Below, piece after piece: positions 31,145-41,719 of a DNA stretch of 64,000 nucleotides. The translations under genes were made by a program, and so were the position numbers. Origin of the DNA: an uncultured Planctomycetota bacterium. GTDB lineage: Bacteria > Planctomycetota > Planctomycetia > Pirellulales > Lacipirellulaceae. The notes beneath the pieces are model-generated. The model worked only from the letters and a program-made list of their open reading frames with translations. It did not search any database and was not told the DNA's origin. The stretch lies in contig CAVRBU010000002.1 of assembly GCA_963719315.1 (NCBI GenBank), forward strand, positions 448,001 to 512,000, in the 5' to 3' direction. Positions within the stretch are counted from its first letter, which is position 1; the number at the start of each line of letters is the position of its first letter.

Positions 31145-32089
31145 CTACTTCGTCTGCGTGGCGTCGTCCTTGGGAGCATCGGGATTACGCCGCGCGGTGC
31201 GTGGCGTCACGACCAGTTCTCTGCGAATATCGAGCACTGCTGGCCCGTCGATTGATTCGAGCTTACCGTGTTGGGCCGCGTAATCGAGCAGCCGTTGGCG
31301 CTTCTGGCCAAACGGCGATTCGCCAGTCGAGATTTCATCGCCCGGCGTCACCCCCCATACGATCCGCGTGTTTCCGGTAGTCACGATATCGAATCGATAA
31401 ATCGGCTTCTCATCGCGCGGCGACGATTGCAGCGAGGCCATGATCTGGACGAGCCGCAACTTCTGCCAAACGTCGGCTAGTTGCGTGGCCAGTTTCGCCC
31501 CGCCGACTACCCGCGGATCGTCCCACCGGTCGCCGACTAACGGGCGGCCCGTGATCCCGGAAATTCGCGGCAAGTACCGTCGCTCGGCCTCGCTCAGATC
31601 GCCTTCCGGCAGTCGCACAGCACGCTCGTCGATCGGCAAATACATGATGCCGCTAGGGTCGCTCGATTCGACCGCCGCGATCGGTTTGCGATACACGAGA
31701 TCGATCTCCAGTGAACTCGGCAACCGCCGAGTAATCCGCTGAACGGAGGCGACCCAGGGATGAAACTCGAACGCGTCCTTGATTCGCCGCGAGAGGACGT
31801 CCCAATTATCGAGCACCGAAAGCGTGCCCGGTAATCCAGAATTCCGCAGCGCTTGCGTCTTGATATCCGATCGAATCCACGGCGGCGGCGGCGTGATGTG
31901 AATGCCCTCAACCGTGAGTGCGTACAGCGGATCGCGGGCGACTTGAGGACCGCTGCGCATCCACATGAAATGGGCCCCGAGGCCGAGGCCGATCACCACA
32001 AAAATGCTGAACCACGCTTTAGGGCGAAAGCGAAACGTCTTCCGAGCCGGAATCGGCAACGGCGGCGATACGGGTTTGATCCGCGGCAT
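31145..32089 (-). CDS. FtsQ/DivIB-like bitopic membrane protein
   Basis: Single TM; POTRA-like HPWVASVQRITRRLPSSLEIDLVYRKPIAAV; LPRISG; directly downstream of murB. Confidence 0.6.
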   Translation of the reverse strand: MPRIKPVSPPLPIPARKTFRFRPKAWFSIFVVIGLGLGAHFMWMRSGPQVARDPLYALTVEGIHITPPPPWIRSDIKTQALRNSGLPGTLSVLDNWDVLSRRIKDAFEFHPWVASVQRITRRLPSSLEIDLVYRKPIAAVESSDPSGIMYLPIDERAVRLPEGDLSEAERRYLPRISGITGRPLVGDRWDDPRVVGGAKLATQLADVWQKLRLVQIMASLQSSPRDEKPIYRFDIVTTGNTRIVWGVTPGDEISTGESPFGQKRQRLLDYAAQHGKLESIDGPAVLDIRRELVVTPRTARRNPDAPKDDATQTK

Positions 32090-32140
32090 GCGACACCTCC
32101 TTGTGTCGGGTTCAGGTAGCGATGAACGGCTCGCCTATCG

Positions 32141-33016
32141 CTACCAAATTTCGATTTCCGTCTCCAACTCGACCCCCATTTTTTCGGCGACGCGATTGCG
32201 AACTACATCCATCAATTGCAGCACGTCCTTCGCCGTAGCCCCCGGCTTGGCCACGAAAAAATTCGCGTGCCGCTGGCTGACTTCCGCGCCGCCGACTTGC
32301 TCGCCCTTTAGACCACACTGGTCGATCAGCATGCCCGCGCTCATACCCCGCGGGTTCTTGAAGATGCAGCCGGTGTTCTCGTGGGCCATCGGCAGGTTCG
32401 CCTTTTTGACGATCCACTGCTTCTGCATCCGCTTGGTGATCTCGACCGGATCTTCCTCTTCGAGCTCGAACACGGCCTCTAAGACCACGAGTTCATCGAG
32501 GCTGCTTTGGCGATAGGCGAAGACCAGGTCGCCGCGGTCGCGTTGAATGATTTCGCCGCCGCGGGTCATTACGGTCGCGTGGCACGCCCATTGACCGATG
32601 TCGCCGCCATGCGTGCCAGAGTTCCCGTGGAGTGCGCCGCCCACCGTGCCCGGGATGCCGACCAGCGGTTCCAAACCGGCGAGCCCCGCGCCGACCGTCA
32701 CGGTAATCGCATTGGCCAAATTCGCGCCGCCGCCGACCGTCGCGAGTCGGCCGGCTATTTTGATATTTGTAAAACAAGCGTTTGCAAGGCTGATGACCAT
32801 GCCGGCCACACCTTCATCGCGGACCAACACCTTCGAACCGCCGCCCAACAGCCGCGCTTGCAGGCCATTTTCGTGGCACCGCGCGACGACAGCTTGCAAT
32901 TCTTCGCCCGAATTCGGCTCGGCAAAGTATTGAGCCGCTCCGCCAAGCTTGAACCAGGTCCGCTCTACCAGCGGCACGTTTTCGCGAACGCAATCAATTT
33001 CACTCATGGCTGCCAT
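32141..33016 (-). CDS. murB: UDP-N-acetylenolpyruvoylglucosamine reductase
   Basis: LGGGSKVLV, GIPGTVGGALHGN, FAYRQS, GCIFKNP, HANFF, LETEI. Confidence 0.93.
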   Translation of the reverse strand: MAAMSEIDCVRENVPLVERTWFKLGGAAQYFAEPNSGEELQAVVARCHENGLQARLLGGGSKVLVRDEGVAGMVISLANACFTNIKIAGRLATVGGGANLANAITVTVGAGLAGLEPLVGIPGTVGGALHGNSGTHGGDIGQWACHATVMTRGGEIIQRDRGDLVFAYRQSSLDELVVLEAVFELEEEDPVEITKRMQKQWIVKKANLPMAHENTGCIFKNPRGMSAGMLIDQCGLKGEQVGGAEVSQRHANFFVAKPGATAKDVLQLMDVVRNRVAEKMGVELETEIEIW

Positions 33017-33116
33017 TGAAAACCTCGCCAGAATTGTAGCAGGCACGCCCAGCGCACCGTAGCCCAGTGTAGCCCGCTCGCTCTGCGAGCGGATTTCGGT
33101 TCGCGGAGCGAGCCGT

Positions 33117-33587
33117 CTACAATTCCCACTGCCGCAGTGCTTCGTAGGAGGCCACGGCAACGGTGTTCGAGAGGTTCAGGCTGCGAACTTCGGGCCTCGT
33201 CGGAATGCGGAGTTTGGCGTCCGAGTGAGCGGCCAGCAACGTCTCGGGCAGTCCTGCCGATTCGCTGCCAAACACCAGCGCGTCACCGCGCTCGTAGGCG
33301 ACATCCAGATACGACCGCTCGGCCTTTTTCGTAAACATCCAAAAACGCCGGTCCGGTAGTGCCCCCCGCAGCTCGTCCCAATTGTCGACGGCCTGCCAGG
33401 CGAGGTGCTCCCAATAATCCAGCCCCGCACGCCGCAGGTAATAGTCGTCCATGCGAAACCCCAGCGGCCTCACCAGCCACAGCTTCGCCCCGACCGCCAC
33501 GCACGTGCGGCCGACGCTCCCCGTGTTATAGGGTATCTCCGGCTGATGGAGCACGATGTGCAGCACGGGCTCGTAAAGCGAAGTCAT
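33117..33587 (-). CDS. trmL: tRNA (cytidine(34)-2'-O)-methyltransferase
   Basis: PEIPYNTG, RRAGLDYW, FGSESAGLP, RSLNLSN. Confidence 0.93.
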   Translation of the reverse strand: MTSLYEPVLHIVLHQPEIPYNTGSVGRTCVAVGAKLWLVRPLGFRMDDYYLRRAGLDYWEHLAWQAVDNWDELRGALPDRRFWMFTKKAERSYLDVAYERGDALVFGSESAGLPETLLAAHSDAKLRIPTRPEVRSLNLSNTVAVASYEALRQWEL

Positions 33588-33758
33588 GGACACTTGCGCA
33601 CGCGGACTAGACGACTTATAATGCCGAACCATTCTATACAATCTTCACCACGCAAATTAGGTCTCAAGCAAAGTCATTAAGGCGCGAAGTAGTAGAGAAA
33701 ACAATCTAGCCGTTAATGGCTTTTCTCCAAGCGAAACATCCAGAAAGACAACAACTCA

Positions 33759-34846
33759 ATGACAATTGGTTTCGGCATCGTCGGCTGCGGCATGATTAGC
33801 AACTTTCACGCAAAGGCAATCGCCGACGTGCGGGGCACGAAGCTCGTGGCCTGCTTTGATACGCGCAAAGAAGCCGCGGAAAAGTTCGCCGCGACCAACG
33901 GTTGCACGGCATACACCGACCTCAACAAGATGCTGGCCGATCCCAAACTGTCTATCGTCACGATCGCCACGCCAAGCGGCGCCCACATGGAACCTGCCGT
34001 TGCGGCGGCCAAGGCCGGCAAGCACGTCATCATCGAGAAGCCGTTGGAGATCACGCTCAAGAAATGCGACCGGATCATCGAAGCGTGCGAGAAAGCCGGC
34101 GTGCAGTGCGGGGCCATCTTTCCGTCGCGGTTTCACGATTCGAGCGTGAAGATCAAGAAGGCCGTCGAAGGCGGACGGTTCGGCAAACTGACGCTCGGCG
34201 ATTCCTACGTCAAGTGGTTTCGCACGCAGGAGTATTACGACAGCGGCGCTGGCGCGGCACATGGGCTCTCGATGGCGGCGGGGCGCTCATGAACCAGGCG
34301 ATCCACAGCGTCGATCTGCTCACCTGGCTGATGGGTCCGGTCGTCGAGATCCAAGCCAATACCGCCACGCTCGCCCACGTGCGGATTGAAGTCGAGGATA
34401 CCGTGGTTGCCACGCTGCGATTCGCCAACGGTGCGCTCGGTGTACTCGAAGCGACAACCGCCGCCTACCCCGGCTATTTGAAGCGAATCGAAATCCACGG
34501 CTCCGAAGGCTCGGCCCTGCTCGAAGAAGAGGACCTCAAGGCTTGGGATTTCGCCAAGCCACGCAAGGAGGACAAGGCAATCCTCGACCAGATGAAACAG
34601 CACAAAAGCACGGGCGGTGGGGCCAGCGACCCATCGGCAATCGGCCATCACGGCCACACGTTGCAATTCCGCGATTTCGTCGAGGCGGTGATAAAGAACC
34701 GCCCGCCGGCGATCGACGGCTACGAAGGCCGCCGCTCCGTCGAGATCATTCTGGGCGTGTACAAGGCCGCCGAGACAGGGAAGCCCGTAAAGCTGCCGCT
34801 GAAATCCGACCCGGTGCTCAAGGCGCGAAAGGCGGGGAAGAAATGA
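33759..34846 (+). CDS. Gfo/Idh/MocA oxidoreductase; apparent frameshift near 34248
   Basis: GIVGCGMI and IEKP in one frame; WRGTWALDGGGALMNQAIH in the next. Confidence 0.88.
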
Positions 34847-34862
34847 CGTACTGTCCGTCCTT

Positions 34863-37199
34863 TTAAGGTCCGCCGAATAATGACTTATTGAAATCCAGTT
34901 CCTCTAACATCCCGTCTAAGAGGTGGCCAATTCCTAGGAAAAAGTTTGCGCTAATGCGCACGGCTTTTAATTGGCGCATTGACAGCGGCTTGACACGCAA
35001 GAATTCAGACGGCGTCGACCGAATTCTTCCGAGGCCGGCTACGATTGATGATAAGAATGCGACGAGGCTGGCAAGCAACCACGTGCTCGGTTCCGGAACA
35101 GCATTGATCTCCGTTGTTGCAACTTGAACGGTGGTTGCACCTCGCGCAGATCCGAAATTAGATCTCCATAGCTCATAGCCGGCGGAGTTGCCATTGGACT
35201 TGCGCCAGATGAGATAGTCGGCCGCATCGACGGTGCCATCTCGGTTGAAATCGCCATCCAGTACTGGCGTCAAGAGATAGGGAAACTGGCCGCCGGTTTG
35301 TGAGCTGCGCTTACCGAAACCAAGGATTTGACCGAGAGCATTGACAGTTGCCGTGGAGACTGGCTTGACAGCACTATCACCTAGCAGCGATTCCCAGCCG
35401 TTGGCGGCGAGGCCGCCGTCGACTAGCGAGCCTAAATCGTGCAGACCGTCGGCGATGGTGAAATAAAAGGCTCGATCGCCGAGATTGTTGTCTTGAGCGT
35501 CGAACAGAGTGTACGCCCCCAAGACCAGCCCGTCGTCGCCCAGGTAATCGGCGCGGCTGTACGCGTAGCCGTCGCTGCGAGTGGACAGAGTAAGTGTCAG
35601 AGTCTGGCTAAGGGCCGGTTCGAAGATCCAGGCGTCTTGGCCCAATTGGGTACCACCGCCGTTGTAGCGGTAAGAGATTCCAATGGCTTGCCCCGCATCG
35701 CTCAGTTGTCGGAGGTCGCTAAATTTGTAGCCATCGTTGCGCGTGTGTAGGTTGTCAGCGAGGCCGATATTAGTCGTGGTCGCACCGTCGTATAGCCAAG
35801 TGCTGCGGCCTATATCGGCGCTGCCGCCACTGAAGCGATTCGAGAACCCGCCGACGTGTCCTGCCTCGTCTACTTGTTGAGCATTACTGGATTTGTAGCC
35901 GTCGTTTCGCGTGTGTTCGGTGCCGGTAAGACCGATCGGGATGGTGGATGCGCCGTCGTAGAGCCAGGCGGTTTGCCCCAATTGGTTGCCGCCGTTGTAG
36001 CGATCGGAATAGCCAATGACCTGGCCCGCTTCGTTCAGTTTGCCCTCAAAGCTGAATCGGTAACCGTCATTACGCGTGTATTCGGGGCCCGTGAGACCGA
36101 TGTCGATTGTCGTTGCACCGTTGTAGAGCCAGGCACTATAGCCTAATTGAGCGCTGCCGCCGTTGTAACGGTAGGAATGGCCCAGGACTTGTCCCGCGGC
36201 GTTCATTGAGTAGGCAGTACTGTATTTGAAGCCGTCATTGCGGGTGTGTTCGCTGCCTACCAAACCGATATCGATGGTTGCCGTGCCGTTAAACAGCCAC
36301 GCCGTCTGACCGAATCCAGAACCGCCATTGAAACGGTCTGCATATCCGCGGACATATCCAGCCGCATTCATTTGGCGGACCTCGCTAAAACGATAACCAT
36401 CGTTACGGGTGTGCTCGGGCCCGGCGAGGCTAATGTCGATGGTCGTCGAGCCGTCGTAGAGCCAGGCGGTTTGGCCAAAGTCCGTGCTCGTTCCGTTGAA
36501 GCGGAGGGCGGTGCCCGCAACTTCTCCCGCTGCGTTGAGTGCGACGGCTTCGCTCCCTTGGTAACCATTGCTGCGGGTGTGTTCGGGACCAGTCAGGCTG
36601 ATGTTGATTGTGTTTGTTCCGTCGTACAACCAGGCGGTAGAACCCAAAAAGTCTGCGCTGCCGTTGTAGCGTTGCGAGTAACCAACGACCTGCCCTGCAT
36701 CGTTCGACGAGTTGGTACCGCTAAGCTTGTACCCATCGCTTCGCGTGTACTCGGGTCCGGCAAAGCCGAGCGCAGATGTTGCTGAGCCGTTGTAGAGCCA
36801 AACGGTCTGACCCAAGTTTGCATTGCCGCCATTGTATCGACTCGAATAGCCGATGACCTGCCCCTGCTCGTTCAGCCTGCTGGCGACGCTTTTCCTGTAT
36901 CCGTCATTTCGTGTGTACTCGGCGCCTGTAAGCCCGAGTGCGGAAATCGTTGAGCCGTCGAAGAGCCAGGCGGTTTGGCCCAAGCTCGTGCTTCCGCCGT
37001 TGTAGCGATACGAGTAGCCGGCGACCTGCCCCGAATTGTTCAGTCCTCCGGCGACGCTGTATTGATAGCCGTCGTTGCGAGTGTGCTCGAGATCGTCGAA
37101 ACCGAGCGGTGCGATGTCGTAACTGGGTACGGCCGATACTGGCGGCGCGACCGCAATCAAGATAAGTGCGGTCAATAAGCAGGGAACAAAAATGTGCAT
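34863..37199 (-). CDS. Secreted tandem-repeat (HAF-like beta-propeller) protein with dockerin-like motif and PEP-CTERM signal
   Basis: Signal peptide; 9 full plus 1 degenerate ~56-aa repeats (EHTRNDGY..NxxGQVxGYSxRYNGG..GQTAWLYDG); GDFNRDGTVDAADY; VPEPS plus TM. Confidence 0.85.
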   Translation of the reverse strand: MHIFVPCLLTALILIAVAPPVSAVPSYDIAPLGFDDLEHTRNDGYQYSVAGGLNNSGQVAGYSYRYNGGSTSLGQTAWLFDGSTISALGLTGAEYTRNDGYRKSVASRLNEQGQVIGYSSRYNGGNANLGQTVWLYNGSATSALGFAGPEYTRSDGYKLSGTNSSNDAGQVVGYSQRYNGSADFLGSTAWLYDGTNTINISLTGPEHTRSNGYQGSEAVALNAAGEVAGTALRFNGTSTDFGQTAWLYDGSTTIDISLAGPEHTRNDGYRFSEVRQMNAAGYVRGYADRFNGGSGFGQTAWLFNGTATIDIGLVGSEHTRNDGFKYSTAYSMNAAGQVLGHSYRYNGGSAQLGYSAWLYNGATTIDIGLTGPEYTRNDGYRFSFEGKLNEAGQVIGYSDRYNGGNQLGQTAWLYDGASTIPIGLTGTEHTRNDGYKSSNAQQVDEAGHVGGFSNRFSGGSADIGRSTWLYDGATTTNIGLADNLHTRNDGYKFSDLRQLSDAGQAIGISYRYNGGGTQLGQDAWIFEPALSQTLTLTLSTRSDGYAYSRADYLGDDGLVLGAYTLFDAQDNNLGDRAFYFTIADGLHDLGSLVDGGLAANGWESLLGDSAVKPVSTATVNALGQILGFGKRSSQTGGQFPYLLTPVLDGDFNRDGTVDAADYLIWRKSNGNSAGYELWRSNFGSARGATTVQVATTEINAVPEPSTWLLASLVAFLSSIVAGLGRIRSTPSEFLRVKPLSMRQLKAVRISANFFLGIGHLLDGMLEELDFNKSLFGGP

Positions 37200-37715
37200 G
37201 GCGCTGGACCCCGGCGAAACCGGTGTTGCGAGAACTCGCGAAGCCGAAATTATCGGCTAAAACTTAGGATAAGTCAATTTGCCAGCAAGCAGCGCGCGAT
37301 CGCCGCGACGGTCAGGCACAACTGGTTAGCGGCGCTTCATGGCCCGCTTGAGGGCGGATCCCATGTCGGCGCAGCGCGCTCCGTGGCCTCTCGGGCCGCA
37401 ACGACGACGCGTGGTCTCGCGGTCATAATGAGTCGAGGCACACGGCGAGGCCACTCACGCTCTCACATCAGGGACGGGGCTACCGTATCGATGGGCTGAA
37501 TGGCCGTTCGCACGTGGCTAGAGCCAGAACGTCTTCCGCAGCTAACGTCGAGTGAACATTTCACGCCCTGCCCTAGCACAAGTGGCGGCCAAAAACTAGA
37601 AAAATTATTGAAGGTAAAAGGCGCGGACGAAAACTGGCGCTTGAACTCAAATGTTGGCGTAAGCGAAGTGGTTGTAGGGTGAGCTGTTTAGTGAGGTGGA
37701 CACCAACAGTTTTCC

Positions 37716-38762
37716 TTAACGTTGCGAGCGACGGCGCAAATGGCCGAACTTCACCAGTGCCACGAACATTAGGACCAGCGAGCTCGGCTCCGGCACCGCC
37801 ACTAAATCGCAAGCACGATTGATCCAATCGATATCGGCCTGAGTGAGCGCGACGCCATAGTTCTCGACACCGAACGCTTTATAGCCCATTGGAGAACCCA
37901 TCGGATTATTCGAAAGGTTCGTGCCGGTGTGTACGGCGAATTGATTGTTCGTGAAATAAGAGAGGCCCGTCGATTCATCGTGGTCGGGGTCTGACGAAAA
38001 ATAGGGCGAGCCGGAGTCGGCGCCGTACGTGGTGCCGGAGCCAGGTATGCTGCCTACGGCCGTAGGATCGTCGATGTGCCAGATAGCGGCCTCGGTGTAC
38101 GTGTAGCCAATGGCCGTGAAATTGGACGCCATCGTGGCAATCGTATCGATCTTGTCGTTCATGAAACGCTGCGTGCCGTAGCGATCCTGGCTTTGGTAAC
38201 CGTCGTTGCCGGCAGGCGCGAACTGATCGACGAGCTGCCCTTCATTGCCGTAGCCGATATCCGTGAAGGGGAAGAATGAACTGGCGGTGATCAGATTGCG
38301 CACCAGCGCATTATAGTCCGGGTCGTACGCTCCATATTTCACACCCATTACCGCATAGTCGGAAGTGCCGGTCGGTCCGTTCCGCATGACATTCATCGCC
38401 TGCATGTAGGGCGAGTTGCCCGTATCTTTGTTTGAGTTGCCGAAGGCGATTCCCGGCTTGCTCACGAGCGCGCCGCCGAACATTCCAGTACTCGAGACTG
38501 CGTGGTCGGCCGTCAGAACGCAGAGCACTCCCATACCAGTAATGTCGTGGTTTCCGATGATGGTGCCCGTGCCTTCGAAATACCCGTCGCCTGCGTCTTG
38601 CTTGCCAGGATTGTCGTACAGGACGCGGACCACGGAGTCAAAAGTCGGATTAAGCGTTTGATTCTCGGGTCCGATGGCGCGGGATTCACTCGACAGCACG
38701 AGGAGCCCGGCAGTCAAAGCGGCCGTAAGCGACCAATAAGCGATTCTGTTTGTACCGATCAT
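37716..38762 (-). CDS. PEP-CTERM trypsin-like serine protease
   Basis: VLTADHAV (His), SDYAV (Asp), GADSGSP (Ser); C-terminal VPEPSS-TM-RRR. Confidence 0.8.
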   Translation of the reverse strand: MIGTNRIAYWSLTAALTAGLLVLSSESRAIGPENQTLNPTFDSVVRVLYDNPGKQDAGDGYFEGTGTIIGNHDITGMGVLCVLTADHAVSSTGMFGGALVSKPGIAFGNSNKDTGNSPYMQAMNVMRNGPTGTSDYAVMGVKYGAYDPDYNALVRNLITASSFFPFTDIGYGNEGQLVDQFAPAGNDGYQSQDRYGTQRFMNDKIDTIATMASNFTAIGYTYTEAAIWHIDDPTAVGSIPGSGTTYGADSGSPYFSSDPDHDESTGLSYFTNNQFAVHTGTNLSNNPMGSPMGYKAFGVENYGVALTQADIDWINRACDLVAVPEPSSLVLMFVALVKFGHLRRRSQR

Positions 38763-38891
38763 TAGCCATCTCCCTATCAACGTGGAAAGCAGGACGGCGC
38801 GAAAGTGCGCGGCTATTTTACCAGCCGGAATTAGCCACAGCAATAATTCCAGATTATTTTTCTGACAATTCTGGCGCGTGGATAGGCGTTG

Positions 38892-39809
38892 TCACCCACG
38901 TTTTATCACTCGCTGCATGGCGGCGCCCATATCGGCGGGGCTTTGGGCGATTTCGATGCCGGCCGCTGCCAGGGCGGCGATTTTTTCTTCCGCGGTGCCT
39001 TTGCCGCCGGCGATGATCGCGCCGGCGTGGCCCATCCGCTTGCCCTTCGGCGCGGTGCGGCCAGCGATGAACGCAGCCATTGGTTTGGTGACGTGCTTCT
39101 TCGCGAACGCGGCGGCTTCTTCTTCCGCGGTGCCGCCGATTTCGCCCATCATGAGGATTGCTTCGGTTTGATCGTCGGCCTGATAAAGCTTCAAGAGGTC
39201 GATGAACGAGGTGCCGACGATTGGATCGCCGCCGAGGCCGACGCAAGTGGATTGGCCGAGGCCGAGGTTCGAGAGCTGCCACACGGCTTCGTAGGTGAGC
39301 GTGCCGCTGCGGCTCATGACGCCGATGGGGCCTTTCTTGTGGATGTAGCCGGGCATAATGCCGATTTTGCACTCTTCGGGCGTGATGACGCCGGGACAGT
39401 TGGGGCCGATGAGGTGGACGGGTGGTCGAGAGTCGAGGGTCGAGGGTCGAGTGCCAGAATCGTTGATGGTTTGAAGGCGGTCGTAGACGCGGACCATGTC
39501 GAGGACGGGAACGCCTTCGGTAATGGCGACGACGACGGAGCAGCCGGCGTCCACCGCTTCGAGGATGGCGTCGGCGGTGAAAGCGGCGGGGACGAAGATC
39601 ATGGCGGCGTCGGCGCCCGTTTTTTCCACGGCTTCGTACATGGTGTCGAATACGGGCAGGCCGAGCGCGGTCTGGCCGCCCTTCCCTGGCGTGACGCCGG
39701 CGACGAGCTTGGTGCCGTATTCGAGGCAGTTCTTGGAATGGAACTCGCCCGCTTTGCCGGTGATGCCTTGGCAGACGACGCGGGTGTTTCTGTTGATTAA
39801 GATGCTCAT
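38892..39809 (-). CDS. sucD: Succinate--CoA ligase alpha subunit
   Basis: [37 protein letters not shown]. Confidence 0.97.
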   Translation of the reverse strand: MSILINRNTRVVCQGITGKAGEFHSKNCLEYGTKLVAGVTPGKGGQTALGLPVFDTMYEAVEKTGADAAMIFVPAAFTADAILEAVDAGCSVVVAITEGVPVLDMVRVYDRLQTINDSGTRPSTLDSRPPVHLIGPNCPGVITPEECKIGIMPGYIHKKGPIGVMSRSGTLTYEAVWQLSNLGLGQSTCVGLGGDPIVGTSFIDLLKLYQADDQTEAILMMGEIGGTAEEEAAAFAKKHVTKPMAAFIAGRTAPKGKRMGHAGAIIAGGKGTAEEKIAALAAAGIEIAQSPADMGAAMQRVIKRG

Positions 39810-39855
39810 GGGGAAAGGCGTAAGGTGTAACGCTTAAGGTTCAAGTAGAAGGGAA

Positions 39856-40281
39856 TTATGGTTTGTTCGCCGGTTCGGTGTTGTTGTCGGAGGTCAGGTT
39901 TTTGAATTTCTTGCCGGCGCGGGCGAAGCCGGCGCCACGGATGCCGAGGATGACGCCGAATGCGATCAAGAACGCGCCGGCAATCGCTATTTCCGTGAAC
40001 AGCAAAACGGCGCCGACGACCACAAACAGCAATCCGAAAAACGCGGTGGAGGCAAACGCCTGGTGGTAAACCTTTGCCGATGTGCCGTAGACGACTTTGC
40101 GTTCGTTCACAGCTCGTTCGGAATCAGCGAATAATTGACGAGCGCGGGCAACTTCCTTTTCACAATTGCCACGGCACGACAGTCTCCCTTCGACTACCGT
40201 TGTGCAATCTTTGCACAGACCGCGACCGCAGTTCGTGCAAGTGCCGACGGCAGGCTTCTGAGGGTGTTCAAAACAATTCAT
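39856..40281 (-). CDS. B-box-like zinc-finger membrane protein
   Basis: [22 protein letters not shown] followed by two TMs; ATG overlaps the sucC stop. Confidence 0.75.
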   Translation of the reverse strand: MNCFEHPQKPAVGTCTNCGRGLCKDCTTVVEGRLSCRGNCEKEVARARQLFADSERAVNERKVVYGTSAKVYHQAFASTAFFGLLFVVVGAVLLFTEIAIAGAFLIAFGVILGIRGAGFARAGKKFKNLTSDNNTEPANKP

Positions 40282-41477
40282 GACCGCCCTGTCGAGCTTG
40301 CAGCCTTTACGACTTTGTTGGCAGCATCCGTGAGATCTCGGGCCGCGATGATATTGACGCCGCTTTCGGCGAGTATTTTTCTTCCTTGTTCCACTTCGGT
40401 GCCTTCCAGCCGTACGACGAGCGGGACGTTGAAGCCAACCTGCTTGTAGGACTCGACGATCGCACTGGCGATCGTGGTGCAGCGCATGATGCCGCCGAAA
40501 ATGTTAACCAGTACGGCCTTTACGTTTTTGTCGGAGAGCAGGATGCGAAACGCTTCGGTTACTTGTTCGGTGTTCGCGCCGCCGCCGACGTCGAGGAAGT
40601 TGGCTGGTTCGCCGCCGTGCAATTTAATCAGGTCCATCGTGGCCATTGCGAGACCGGCGCCGTTCACGAGGCAGCCGATGTTGCCATCGAGTTGCACGTA
40701 ACTAAGGCCGGCACGGCTGGCGCGCAGTTCGTTGGGGTCTTCCTCCTCCATGTCGCGGAGTTCAGCCAGTTGCGGATGACGGAAGAGCGCGTTGTCGTCG
40801 AAGCTGATCTTGGCGTCCAGCGCGATGAGATCGCCCGCCTTCGTGACGACGAGCGGGTTGATTTCGACAAGGCTGCAATCGAGCTCGACAAACAGCTTGC
40901 ACAGGGAGCGCATGAATTTGTCGGCGGCGCGAACGGTTGCACCCGTTAGCTCCAGCTCGGAACACAGCTTGCGAACCTGGTATGGTTGGAGGCCGGCATC
41001 GGGGCAGAAGGTTTCTTTGAAGATGAGCTCGGGCGTTTTCGCGGCGACGTCTTCGATGTTCATGCCGCCGGCGCTGGAGGCCATCAGCACCGGAAGTGCG
41101 GCGGCGCGGTCGATGACGATTCCGAGGTACAGTTCGCGGGCGATTTCGCAACCGGCTTCGACGAGCACGCGGCGAACCGTTTGTCCTTCGGGGCCAGTTT
41201 GGATGGTGACGAGCTGGCAACCGAGCAGCCGGCCGGCGACCGTGGCGGCTTCTTCGGCGGTGCGGACGAGTTGGACACCGTGTTGTTCGGGGTTTTCGCG
41301 GAGAGTGCCTTTGCCGCGGCCGCCGGCGTGGATTTGGGCTTTCACGACGGCGAGCGTTCCATTGAGTTGCTTGAACGATGCGGCAGCTTCGTCGGGCGTG
41401 GTGACAACGAAGTTGTCCGGCACGGCGACGCCGGCCCCACGCAAGAGTTGTTTGGCCTGATACTCGTGAATTTTCAT
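40278..41477 (-). CDS. sucC: Succinate--CoA ligase beta subunit
   Basis: [47 protein letters not shown]. Confidence 0.97.
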   Translation of the reverse strand: MKIHEYQAKQLLRGAGVAVPDNFVVTTPDEAAASFKQLNGTLAVVKAQIHAGGRGKGTLRENPEQHGVQLVRTAEEAATVAGRLLGCQLVTIQTGPEGQTVRRVLVEAGCEIARELYLGIVIDRAAALPVLMASSAGGMNIEDVAAKTPELIFKETFCPDAGLQPYQVRKLCSELELTGATVRAADKFMRSLCKLFVELDCSLVEINPLVVTKAGDLIALDAKISFDDNALFRHPQLAELRDMEEEDPNELRASRAGLSYVQLDGNIGCLVNGAGLAMATMDLIKLHGGEPANFLDVGGGANTEQVTEAFRILLSDKNVKAVLVNIFGGIMRCTTIASAIVESYKQVGFNVPLVVRLEGTEVEQGRKILAESGVNIIAARDLTDAANKVVKAASSTGRS

Positions 41478-41719
41478 CCGGCTACTCTGGCAAGTTGGGT
41501 GAGCTTAGAATCGAATTGTGGGAGACCCTCTCTGAGTCCGATAAGCTAACTCATCTGGAGTCGCAATCGGCGTCGGGATTTGTCTCATGCAGCTGAACTC
41601 GCAAGAGTTCAGATGTGAGCGGCGTCGAGTGCTTAATCGGCTGAATTCTTGCGAATTCAGCTACACCTTGATTAAAGTCGTCGAGTATAGCGCCCGACGG
41701 CAAAGTTGGTCAACCGGCG

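Noticed and set aside
35400..37100. DNA repeats as a CRISPR array or DGR template/variable region
   Set aside because: Repeats are ~168-bp in-frame protein repeats with synonymous divergence; no reverse transcriptase is present
38889..39800. Long antisense ORFs over sucD (also over rpoD, pyrD, htrA and the epimerase)
   Set aside because: Expected mirror ORFs from biased codon usage in conserved GC-rich genes
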